Source: Octopus vulgaris (lineage: Eukaryota). From it: a DNA stretch of 64,000 nt. This document shows, one piece after another, positions 27,200 to 39,280 of this stretch. How positions within the stretch are numbered: the stretch's first letter is position 1; each line of letters opens with the position of its first letter. The stretch covers positions 92,070,001 to 92,134,000 of the forward strand of contig OX597816.1 in assembly GCA_951406725.2 (NCBI GenBank). The letters run 5' to 3'. The notes under the pieces were generated by a model, which worked only from the letters and a program-made list of their open reading frames with translations, was not told the origin of the DNA and ran no database searches. The position numbers and the translations under genes are program-made.

Positions 27200-28100
27200 T
27201 ATAACTTATTGATTCTTTACTAATAGCTCTCTCTTCAGAGAAATTCACTGCCTGTTATTGATGACTAACCCCTCCCACTAATACGCCAGCTTTCTTGTTT
27301 CAGAATCACTAATCCGGTCAATGTAAGATTTCAGCACTGGAAATCTGCTCCGTGCCCTTTATAGTTAGAACGTGCCTATATAATGCCCTATTTAGGTTGA
27401 TCGATCCACCTACACAGTGCTCTATATAGGTGGATCGTGCAGATTATAAATTTGTCATCTGTGTAATCAGTCACCAGAAACAGTAGCTATTCGACGTTAG
27501 CCCTATGTAACTACCTTGCAAAAACTATCAAGGTACGCCTAAAATGTCCCAGTGTCGATCGTCTAAGACTACTTTAGTACATTTGGGAAATCTATTCGTT
27601 ACATGTTAGTTGGAAATGTCTAAACAAGTTTTCGATGCTTTTACACACCTCTGTTATTGTCTAATTCCACATAATGTCCTACCATTCTCTAAGAGTAATG
27701 AGTGGAATATTTTAAAGAATTCTATAGATATGTGAAGCAGCTTGGTTGCCGGCCGCAGTCGAGAAATAAAAAGTCATTAGTCTGAAAGCATCACCATCAC
27801 TACACTCCATATCCAGGACTACCAACTTAGCACCTAAGTTCAGGAAGATCGTCGTTACCTACAATTCAGGCCTTTACGAAAAAATACACAGTGATACTAC
27901 TCAATTTTGGTCGGTCGAACGAGGCGCATGCCTTGCAATGGTCCCCCCCCACCCAAGAAAGAACGAGTACATGTGCACCGGAAATACTGGTTTCGCTGGT
28001 GGCTACTATACCTATATCCAGTGATCTTGCTTTTGTGCCATATATCGCCACATAATTGGAAACAACTAGATGGCATCAACACCTGACACCCTGAATTTCT
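27200..28100 (-). mobile_element. Decayed L1/Tx1-type LINE ORF2 5' region (APE endonuclease)
   Basis: Minus-strand fragments RSLDIGIVATSET, SFDRP, IFLNLGAKLVVLDMECSDGDAFRL and YTDDKFIICT (SDH motif position) occur in the order expected for an APE domain. Confidence 0.6.
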
Positions 28101-29240
28101 GGTTACAATATTTGATAGAAACAAATAAGGTGACAATAGAGATGTTTAATCAGACCCTAACGGAGCCAAAGGCAGCACGTGATTGGATCACTTAAGGTAA
28201 ACCATCATAATCTCTAAACGATTGGTCCTATAAACTACAGAGCTATAAACCTGCCTTCAAATATATTACGGAAATGATATAAAAGGAAATATATTAATAT
28301 TGGGAAATATAGTTTGTTGCCTGAATAATGCAAGAGGTACTGGAAAGGTAGATAAAAGCTTGAAAAATCAATTACTAGTAAACAGAACCACAAAGGAAGA
28401 CTATAGAAAGGGAAAAGAAGTGTTTAGGCTTAGTATGAATCGAAAACTAGAAGGCTTTTGGCGACTTGAAGGCTTTTTCGTCCACACAAACCCTGGATAC
28501 ACATTCATGAGATAAGTAACACCAATAATGAACATTTCTGTAGGTATAGACAAATAAGTGAGTTCTAAAGCTAATTAATTCAACCATATGTAAAGGCAAT
28601 GACACGCCTCCGAACCCCGAAGAGAATGGAAATATGCAAATAAAACTTGTAGCACGAGTTAAAAAGCAGTTCTCAAATCTGAGACTGAAGGCATTTTGAT
28701 CATGGATCAAGATGAAAGGCTTCACATGGAGTAATTTAGATTTAAATGCCTTTGAAAATCTGCTCAATCAAGGACTGACATGGAGTTTAATATACAAAAA
28801 CAACAATTGAAATCCATTTTATAGACTGTTCCACAGAAAAAGTACATCTTTGCAGGATATGAACTCAGAATGTAAAGATATGTCAGTAAATTCTCGCAAG
28901 TATTTAGCTTTATTTTCTACCGTTTTGGTTACTCACCCGCAGTTACCCCATTAAACATGATAACACAGGTGATTTATTTGATTAATATAAAGTACTGATA
29001 TGGATAATGCTATGAGTGAGAATCATCAACATCACTCTGACATCGAAGTAGAAGTATCTTAGTTATACAATTAATTAGCCTCCAGAGTATCTAAATATAT
29101 TGAAAACATTTGATGCGAGAGATGCTAAAATGTTAACCAGTCCTTTGGGAATCTCAGCCTTATGGTATACCTTTGTGAATCATTTAAAATTTTGGAGATG
29201 TTCAAGTGAAAAAAATCATTAAACATCAGCTGTTGTATTG

Positions 29241-29273
<33 letters not shown>

Positions 29274-29698
29274 TCTCTCACGCACACAGACATGTATATA
29301 TGTATGTATACGCTTCTTATCATTAAATCAAGGGTGCCAAAGAAGTACTCGTATATACATAAATAAGAAAACAGATGCAACACTTGCACATAAACTTGTA
29401 TGTACATACACATTCACGCAAACAACATTCGCTACACCAAAACAATGAAGAGAAAATAACAAGGGCAATAAGAACAAAAGAAAGAATTGGTAACAACAGT
29501 AGCATCAGTAGCATCAGCAGCAACGACTGCAGGAACTGCAGTAGCTGGGAAATATAATCGTTTAGGTCGAAAAGGGGAAGGAAATGCACGATAACCGCCA
29601 AAATGACTGTAACTGAATCTTTCGTTCAGACACCATTTCCAGTTAGTCTTGGAAGAATGCCAACAACCGCAATGTTTAGCATACTGACTACAGCAGTA

Positions 29699-29699
<1 letters not shown>

Positions 29700-29769
<70 letters not shown>

Positions 29770-29827
29770 ATAATAATAATAATAATAATACTAATACTAC
29801 TACTACTACTACTTCTACTACTACTAC
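29700..29827. repeat. (CTA)n/(TAA)n microsatellite
   Basis: Directly visible. Confidence 0.95.
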
Positions 29828-32734
29828 GTATAATTTGTTCATCAAATTGCCATAAATAAGATATGATGATACTACAATAAAATACAATAAAGAGGTAAAA
29901 GAAAGTTTACTTCAAGCGAGTTGCTGATATGTTCCTTTGGGTAACTGGATAGATGTAGCAAACAGTCTTCAGGTAGATGAGGGTTAGAAAGGAAGATGAA
30001 AAAAGGGAAGTGAAGGAAAGTAAATTATTCAACCTATTTTACGTGTTCTGATTTTCCGTCTAAGGTTTCAAACTTCGACAGGATCTTTTGCACTAACATA
30101 TCTCAAAAATGCTTTTGGAGTGAAAATTTTGATTTGTGCCACGAATAATATTGGAGTTAATGAACATCTTGTCACCTAGTAACTATCGCTATCGTAGTTG
30201 ATATTATCGCCTCATCACCTCAATCACTTTTGTCTGGGCAAACCTGGTACGAAGGTTGGTTACATAACATATTGGCCATACTGTAATATCAATTTATGTG
30301 TGTAATATCTTTTTAGTCGTCGTGTATTCTGTATAACTCCTGAAAGTATTTAATATCCCGTGTTCCATTTGTGAAACTTGTATGTTTACTATGGTGTTTT
30401 TAGTTTCATTTACGGAAGCAGGAGGATTACATTCAAGTTTTCTATGTTGATTAACGGAATCTTATTTTTTTGTCCGTGGTATACAAAATCTCCCTTAGTT
30501 GAATTACACGGGTGTAGCTAAGAAACTCAATTCACAAAATGATTATTTCATATAATAAAAAAAAAAATGAAGCTATTCCCCAGATATCCGCTTCGCTATT
30601 GTCTACTTTTTCATAGCCTTTTTTAATATGAGAAGTAGAACGAGATTGAATTGTAAAAGGAAAACGAAAAGGAATTTCATGTGAATGTGAAATCTTGTCA
30701 TTGATGTTTTGTTACTTCATGACAAGTTACTTATTCACATATTATAATTTTCATTCTTGGACTGAATTTAATCAAACCTCGAATAATTGACAATTATGAA
30801 AAGAAATTATTGCAAAAAGTTGAGATTTATTCGGATTTACTTCACATTCCATATTTAATACATTCCGAGCTATACTTATTATTGGCGAAGAATAATTGAA
30901 AATTCGAAGTTGGTGTCGAAACATTAACCACAAAATTCCATTAACTTGAAATATTGATCTTCATACATCTTAAAAAATCTTCTAGTGCAAATTGAGGTTT
31001 ATATTTTATATTGCAGCTTGAATTCACGTTTTCTTCTCACTATATACCTGTTATTGAATACATTTTTATGTGGAAGGAAAACAGTAATCTTTTAATTTTG
31101 CTAAGTGCTAAACAAAACTTAAATCAAATATTTATTTAATCATTATAATATCCTCATGTATTGACATTTCTCACTGGAAATCTTTCATAAGAAATGTTTT
31201 TCCTTTTAAGGAGATTACTAGTGATCAAATCTGACACAAGAGCATTTAGAAGAAAAAGATGTTCTTTCCACTAAAGCAATCAATTATCAATTAATTCCCG
31301 TAAATCGCACGGTAACATCATACCTAAATATACTATGACTCATTTCTAATCCATTAAACAGTATGTTCTTTATCTCACACCCCAAGATAACTCGCCATCA
31401 ACTTATATAATAATGATCTCAGTTGTTTCTGTCAATGTAAAATAACATACACCCGCATAGAATCGTGGTAAAAAACACAAAAAATTAATCTGATTAGTAC
31501 ACACATTTTGTTAACAGAGTAAAAGTGGTGAGCTGGCAAAAATGGTGAGTAGTCGAGTAAATACAGAAAGGTTTCTGTTTTAATCGCTCTATATTCTCAG
31601 TTCCAGACTGATCTTGAAGACTTTGACTTTCACCCGTCTAGGGTAGATAAAAAAATAATACAATAACATATTGCACTCTGTTTGACTCATTTTTTTTGTT
31701 TTTATCTAGGATAGAGAAAATTCCATACTGATTAATCACAGAGCGCTACGTATATGTACATTCTATGTATTCACCTAATAATTATAGAGAGTGGATGTTG
31801 TATCTTTGACAAGAGCTGGAAAATGTTTGGTGCTTACCGGTTCTTATAGTATTTCATCTCTTGCAGCATATAGTTCACTTAAAGAGTTTCATAAACGCCT
31901 GATTTCTTCACTTATTATTAGTAATATAATGTGAGGAGAAGAGTTGTTTTACTTTAGTTGAGCAATAAATAAAAGTGTTTTTTCTTCATCACATCGGCCA
32001 CCAAGAGGAATCTGAGAACTTCACTGTTTTTTTCAGTGTTTAAACTCAACTAACATGTTTCCCCGTTTTTTTTTCTGTAGAACAAGGCATTCTAACTTTA
32101 GGTTTCATTAAGGTATGAGATCAAATCACTCGAAATGGTGACTTTATTGTTACAGTCTCAATACTCCACGTTATCTAACATCTATCTCTTCGAAATAGCA
32201 GCCAAAATCCTCCATTTTTTTTTAAAAAAGAAGGCACGACATATTAGATGATATTATCAGAGACAAACTGTCTGGATACGCACAGCTAGAATGCCTCTCA
32301 TTTTCATAGATTTGCGCAGCTAGTGTTAATTTTGGGGACAAGCAGCAGCGACATCATCATACATTTTTCAAGGTTTCAGTATTATAATTATAATAGTAGT
32401 TTGCTAGACTATCTGGCATATCTGGGATAAAAGTAATCAAAACGTGTCACGTTAATTCATATCTGTAACACAAAGCCATAGATTAGTATAGAATGTAAAA
32501 GAATTGACCTAATTTTAGCGACCTCGAAATGTTGATACGCAATTTCCACACTGGTTGGTGTTGGAACACAAAATATTAAGCTTCGAAGCAACATACTGTG
32601 AGGTAATTTTGTTTTGGTAATTACTCTTTCGACACTAACTATTTAAATTTATCAATATACGTATGTATATGCATTTATACATTTATAAATAATTCATATA
32701 TCGATCCATTATATACATAATATATATACATAGT

Positions 32735-33112
32735 CGCAGACGTGGTTGTGTGGTAAGAAGCTTGCTTCCCAACCACATGGTTTCAGGTTCAAGGTTCAGA
32801 CTTACTGCGTGGCACCCTGGGCAAGTGTTTTTAACATATATATATATATATGTGTGTGTGTGCGTGTATGTGTGTGTGTGAGTTTGTGTGTGTGTGTATA
32901 TATTTACGTGTGTTTCTGTTTGCCCTACCATCGCTTAACAACCGATGTTGGCGTGTTTACGTCCCTGTAACTTAACAGTTCTGAAAAATAGACCGATAGA
33001 ATAAGTACTAGGCTTACAAAAAATAAATCCCGGGGTCGATTTCTTCAACTAAAAAAGAAATCTAAGGCGGTGCTCGTACATGGCCTCAGTTAAATGAGTA
33101 AAAGAATTAAAG
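32735..33112 (+). mobile_element. SINE family A copy
   Basis: gtggttgtgtggtaagaagcttgcttcccaaccacatgg head and the family A 3' half. There is an internal deletion after gggcaagtg. Confidence 0.85.
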
Positions 33113-33357
33113 AAAAGAAAAGAAAAGAAAAGAAAAGAAAAGAACATCCATCCATCCATCCATCCATCCATCCATCCATCCATCCATCCATCCATCCATC
33201 CATCCATCCATCCATCCATCCATCCATCCATCCATCCATCCATCCATCCATCCATCCATCCATCCATCCATCCATCCATCCATCCATCCATCCATCCATC
33301 CATCCATCCATCCATCCATCCATCCATCCATCCATCCATCCATCCATCCATCCATCC

Positions 33358-33393
<36 letters not shown>
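33110..33393. repeat. (AAAAG)n-(CATC)n-(CAGA)n compound microsatellite at a SINE tail
   Basis: Directly visible. The pure CATC tract is about 210 bp. Confidence 0.95.
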
Positions 33394-33394
<1 letters not shown>

Positions 33395-33419
33395 TCTTTT
33401 CCGTCCACTATTCATGGGA

Positions 33420-34950
33420 GAGTCACTGGAGTAGAGTCCTCAGTCTCCTTTTCCGTAGGGATCTATCAGAAGCAACCGTCATATTTTCCAACCCGAGTTC
33501 CTAGTGTGACCAACTAAAACTACAGGAATTAACAAATCATCTCGTTCTTGTTGGTTGGTTGGTCTTGAAGAATACGTCTTGCGATTCTTTCCTGCAACAT
33601 TCTCATCACGTGTCCATAGTACCGGAGCTGTGACCATTCAAATCGAAGAAGCGACTCGATCTAGGAGGAGTCCATGATCTCCAAGCTACGCTTCCTGTCG
33701 AGTAACGTTACTTCAAAGAGCCTTCAGATGACCCCCATTTTGGAAGCTTGTATTCGCGACCGAACTTTTTCTGTCATTACCACCATTCACGACCGTAAGT
33801 GAAGATAAGCACAAAATTGAAAATAACAAGTTTGGCTCTTTTATCAGACACCTCTCTACCGAGGATCGAACGCTGGAGCGGGATCATTACTGTACCAGCA
33901 CTTGTAGTTCTAGCATCTAAGCCAGCTGCCTACTTCCCAATAGACATGAAGAGGGCCCCAAGATAAACTTCTTCAATTACTACAGTGAAGTTCTAAGTTT
34001 CCTTCAAAGTGAGTGTCAGACTGCAGCAGAGGGTGCGTATTAGTACCTCTACTTTTCTTAATTTTTATGAACTGGATTGACATGTGCAGCCCTTGTGGAA
34101 CTGGCACCACAGTCGTTGGGCATAGAATCGGTCGGCTGGTATTTGCACACGACATGGTGCTACTTGCCTGATCAGAAGGTGATCTCCAGATTGAACTGAA
34201 TGGGTTCGCAGCCCAGTGCTGTACTCTAAGGCAAGGATGAGAATTAGCATGGGGAAGATGAGATATCGGTCCACTGAAAAATTTGGCTGTTTTATTTTTA
34301 TGTCTACAGAGAAGAGCATCTTTAGAATGTGAAAATAATATTTTCCTGATCTTCTAAATCCAGTCACAATAAATTCTTCTGATGGACGCGAGTTGTATCT
34401 AGGGGGTGAAGACTAACCCCACGGCCTCATCGAGGCTATTAAAGCGCTCACATGTGGCCGCCGGAGAGGACAAAATGCAAATTAATATGTTTAAAGTCTT
34501 AAATAGATTAATTATTCTGTAGGTGACCCGTGCATTCCAGGTGGCTTGGAACACTGGGAAAACACCAAAGCAATGATATTCCAGGGAAACAATCCCAATT
34601 TTTAACAAAAGAGACATGAGAGAGGGCTCTTATAGAAGAATATACTTGCTGGACCTCTCTAGTAAAGTTTACGTTAGCTGTCTGGTAAACTCAGAAGTAG
34701 GGAAGTTGTTGCGTCCAAGTTTACTGAAGTGCAGTGTGGCTTTTGTCTTGGACGCGGCATAACCAACAAGATATTCACTCTACAGCAGGTCTTCGAGAAA
34801 TCGTGCAAAGTGGCATACACTTGCTTTGTTGACTATGCAGAGGCATAAGATCGCGCGCTGTAGGAATGCTGTGGACAGTTTTACAGGAGTTTAGGATTAT
34901 TTATTGCTATATGTGTCCTATCCTGCTATGAAGTCTCTGTTCACAGGACC
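33420..34950. mobile_element. Rearranged RTE-clade LINE relic
   Basis: Minus strand 34040-33420: C-terminal region (IFTYGREWW, MTEKVRSRIQASKMG). Plus strand 34050-34265: RIGRLVFAHDMVLLA*SEGDLQ..RMRISMGK. Plus strand 34400-34950: AAGEDKM, VAWNTGKTP, IPIFNK, IFTLQQVFEKS, TCFVDYAEA. Confidence 0.75.
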
Positions 34951-34959
34951 ACGAATACG

Positions 34960-35760
34960 TATAAATATACATCGACATATTCAAACTTCAAAACTACAAT
35001 GGCATACAACTCACCAGAAGCAATAGAGAAATTCTTCGCTAGAAACACGATCTTGTTCGAATTTTCATTTAGCAAAAACGCAACAACCTTTGTTTGTTAT
35101 TCAACAAATACTTCCACAAAAGCAATAAGCTTCATAAGCTATTCAATGAGAACAACATCTAACCATTCCACTGTTGTATATAAAAAATTACTTTGTTGCA
35201 TGATCAAAAAATCATTGAAAGTAATATAAAAAGCGAAGAGAAGGTAACTAATTGTCGAATATCCGAGTACTATCCCTTGGGTATGCAGTTACTCATGAGT
35301 AATTGCATCATGTGTCAGGCCTCTATAATTGAAGAAAAATTTGTCACACAGAAAACTCATTTATGCGTTGACTATACAGTCATATAAACTCTTTCAAGTA
35401 CAGCCACAAAGAAAATGCAACATAGCTTCTGAAACACATATGGGACAAAAGAAATAGAAGTGAGTCTACTGTTGTAGAATGGTCTATCTTGGACCGAGTA
35501 ACATTATGCAAAAAAAAAACAACAACAACAAAAAGCAACAAAAAACAAAAGAAAAACTGCAATTTGCTTGACAGAGATATCATATCATAAACCATTCCAA
35601 ATCACACTAACAATGGACAGGAATACGGAACTAATCCCAACTTGCAGATACAGAATAAACATTTGCTATTTCTTTTTAGGACAACAGACAAAGTCTCGAT
35701 GATGTCACACATCAAGTGAAATACCACTTTGTTGTTTTCTTGTTTAAATCAACTAATACT
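34960..35760 (+). mobile_element. Decayed Penelope-like element 3' part (linker plus GIY-YIG endonuclease)
   Basis: LFNKYFHKSNKLHKLFNENNI, NCRISEYYPLG, HINSFKYSHKENAT*LLKHIWDK..VEWSILD and a terminal C.L / EL..TCR cluster, typical of PLE C-termini. Confidence 0.7.
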
Positions 35761-36074
35761 CTAACAGTCCGGTGTAGATTGTTAATTCCAAATTTCTGGA
35801 CAGTGTGTGAAAAGTGATATGGAAGTAGCTACATATACTAAGCATTTTTGGAAACAGAAGTTGCGCAACACACTTAATAAAAAAGTAGATTTACAGTTGG
35901 AACAAGAAAGGTTACGGATTGATCAAAAGTGATTCTAGTTAACGAGGTGCTATGTATGTTAACATTTTTTGTTAGATATTATAAAGCCATTCACAGCAGT
36001 TCCGGAGTTTATTATGGAGCATTATCTCTCGTGCGAAAAAAATGAGGATGGTGTGTGTATGATATCTGTACGCA

Positions 36075-36470
36075 TAGGCGCAGGTATGGTTATATGGTAA
36101 GAAGTTTGCTCCATAACTTCGTTTCCTGGTTCAGTTACACTGCATGGCCCCCTAGGGCAATTCTCTTCCACTATATTTTCTGGCTGACCAAAGCCCTGTG
36201 AGTGGATTTGGTAGATGGTGACGTGGAAACTAAAAGAAACTCGCCGTGTCTATCTGTCTGTCTGTCTATGTCCTCATGTTAGTCCCCCAGCACCACCTTA
36301 CACCGGTGCTGGTTTTTTTACGTCTGCGTAACTTAGTGGTCGGGCGTACGAGACCGGTAGAATAGGTACAGTATTTTCAAACAAAGTACTGGAGTGGAGT
36401 TGTTCGACTAAAAGCCTTCTAAGCGGTGCTCTAACATGGCTGCAGTCCAATAAACGAAGCGAATAAAAGA
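36075..36470 (+). mobile_element. SINE family A, diverged copy
   Basis: ggcgcaggtatggttatatggtaagaagtttgct head, gaccaaagccctgtgagtggatttggtaga body, and the family 3' end. Confidence 0.8.
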
Positions 36471-36556
36471 TCAACGATACAAATAAATTAAACTAATTTA
36501 GATTTAAAACTGGCAGGGAAGATATTTAATTTTATAAATCTAGCGTACGGAGGTAA

Positions 36557-36599
<43 letters not shown>

Positions 36600-37224
36600 G
36601 ATATGAGTGTGCATATATATTGATGTATGTATGTATAATATTGATTTAAAATGGAGGCGGTTTTATGTCAATGAGTTTAATAGTATAAAAAATATAAGTT
36701 AAAAGACTTATGTTTGTTTTAGATAATGCATATATTTCGTTTGCAAGTAAAGTACGTAGACAAATTAGAGGAATTTCCACAAGGGTAATTGTAGTCCTTA
36801 GCCGACTTAACGTCAAGCAAATTTAGTTTCCTTAGTGATTTATTGTTAGGCCGCTAGGTGTCTGGCATAAATATATAGATGATATTTTCCAAAATTATAG
36901 TTGTTTTCAATGTTTATTATAAAAAGTTTATCCGAGAAATTTGAAGGCTAGCAGATGTGGCAAAGATATAAATATGATTAATTCTCTGGACTTCTCTGTT
37001 GAGATTTGCAATAAATCTGTAGTTACTAATGTATACAATATGACTAACGTGTTACATTTTTGCACATTGTGCCTCATTTTCCTTAGCGAGTTTTGGTAAC
37101 TAATAAGAATTTTCCTTTAGCACATGTAAGTCCATATAGCAGCGCTTTGATTGTATACTCTACGATTATAAGTTGATGGTCTATCCTGATGTATATGTCA
37201 TCCTTTTCATCTTGATGTGTTTTT

Positions 37225-37575
37225 TATTCTTTTAGTTTTTACCCATTCCAGTCATTAAGCTGCAACCATGCTGGAGCACCGCCTTGTAAGTTTTTTCGAA
37301 CAAATTGACCCCAATACTTATTTTAAACCGGGTATTTATTCTATCAGACTCTTTGGTGCAGCGCAAATTTACAAGGGCGTAAACAAACCCAAACCGGTTA
37401 TCAAGAGGTAAAGAAACAAATATAAATACACACACACACGCAGCGGGTTTCTACAGGGTTTCTGTCGATCAAATTCAGGTTTATAGAAATTGATACTTGT
37501 CCAAGGTGACGAGAATTGGGACTGAAACCGAAAATACCTCGTTGGAAAGTAAACTGCTTGAATACACAGCTATGT
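37225..37575 (-). mobile_element. SINE family A, diverged copy
   Basis: cagtcatt..gctgc..ccatgctggagcaccgcc ... gggactgaaaccgaaa is the reverse complement of family A. Confidence 0.75.
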
Positions 37576-38791
37576 CCAACCTATTGTAAAATGTATTAAT
37601 AAGCAATATTTTTCTAAGTTTATTGTTAATTATTATCAATTATTATTAGTAAATATTAATTTTCGTCGTGTAATTTTTTGTGTACGATGCGAGTTGGTCA
37701 CAGTTTGTCTCTTGTGTATTGTTTATTACTACTACGTATATTTATGTTTTAGCGTTCATCGTGTATGTTGATGTTGGAAAATGTCCATTTATGATTTGAG
37801 GTCCTGGTACGGATATTTGGATAGCATATTCTCAAACAGCGTTGGATTTTTTCCATAAAGCTATTTAACTGTAACGGAAGTAGTAATTCTACCTTAAGTA
37901 TCGAAATCAAGCTGGTATCCGATAAGTAGCTGAAGATGAAAATATTCCGGTTGTTAAACTGGAATTCGCTGTTTCGTCGTGTTTCTGTTTGTTACTGTCT
38001 GCTGGGCTGTTTTTATGTTTGGTTTTCTTTTAGTGTACTTCACTGGGATTAATTAGATGCCTATGTGGAATTAGTTATGAGTTTAGGTATAGCTCTACTC
38101 TGCAGTGTGAATAGTTCTAGTTTAGCACGGTGAGCTCGCCGTTATGAAGCGAATATGAAATACACACACACTCACATACACACACACATACACACACATC
38201 ATAAACATGTATAAAGAAGTCATGTTCCTTATATTAAATAAACATATTTTATCTTGTTTTGAAAATAGACCCTGCTGAAAAACTGCAGGATCTTCAATTG
38301 GTTTAGTATTTTATGTAACACACATGAAGGATCGCTCGCTTTGTCATTCCAGTTACCGAGGCTATGAAGCTTACAGTTGCCTGTAGCAATGTAAACTAAA
38401 TTAAGATAAACATAACAAAGTTAACATGTTATTGCAAGATACATAGACGGGTATCAACAACTAGAACACAAATGCAGGTGGTTATGAATAAATACGCATA
38501 CAGAAATATATACTAATAAACAAACATGGATTCTAAAAAAAGAACAAAACATAAAAGAAACCATGCCACATGACCACTTTATAGGCAAATGTTTGATTGA
38601 AATCTCTAGCATTTTTCGGGGTTAGCAACAACTGCAAGGGCCACACTAAAAACCTGTCTTGATCTGTTCTTGCCTCTGAGAAAAATCGGTAGTTTTCCGA
38701 GAAAGGCAACTTACTGTACACCCACACTTTCAAAGCGGAAAAGGTTGCCAAGAGTATGTCAGTTGAAAATAATGGGTATATGTATATATTT

Positions 38792-38840
38792 TAACAAAAC
38801 TGTCCGACGAACGTGAAACTCTGAGTAACAGCTTTTGTTA
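38792..38840 (+). ncRNA. Minimal type I hammerhead ribozyme-like fold (core variant CCGACGA)
   Basis: Helix I taacaaaactgt / acag(c)ttttgtta; core CCGACGA; vestigial helix II acgt; GAAA; helix III ct-ctg-ag; cleavage triplet GUA ending at 38827. Followed by AATAAA and a tail into (TA)n. Confidence 0.55.
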
Positions 38841-38962
38841 TATTTCTGCTGCATTTAAATAAAGCATATTACTCTACTTCTGGTATTTGAGTACTCTTTT
38901 TTTCCATCTTGTTTCACATTTATGTGCTTACTCCTGTTTATTATATATATATATATATATAT

Positions 38963-39280
38963 ACAAGTATAATCGTCACTAAAGTAACAGCGGGTGCTAG
39001 TCAGCACTAGCATTGCTAGAGATAAGAGTCAAAACAACTCTTAGCAACGTGAGAGCCCTTTTCTAACCACTGACAAGAGAGATAAGCCCCGCCCCATCCG
39101 GCAAGAGAGATGGAGTCATATCAGCGCTGATTTCAGATCTCGCTTGTCGCAGGGAACTCGTCTCCCTTGTCAGTCGTTAGAAAAGTGATATCACGTGACT
39201 AAGAGTTGTTTTAACTCTTATTTCTAGCGACGCTGGTGCTGACTAGCACCCTCCATCACTCTAGTGACAACTATGCTTGT
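38963..39280. repeat. 318-bp imperfect palindrome (foldback), centred on TCAGCGCTGA
   Basis: The arms align over their whole length by eye, e.g. gggtgctagtcagcac/gtgctgactagcaccc, aaaacaactcttag/ctaagagttgtttt, cttttctaac/gttagaaaag. Confidence 0.92.
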
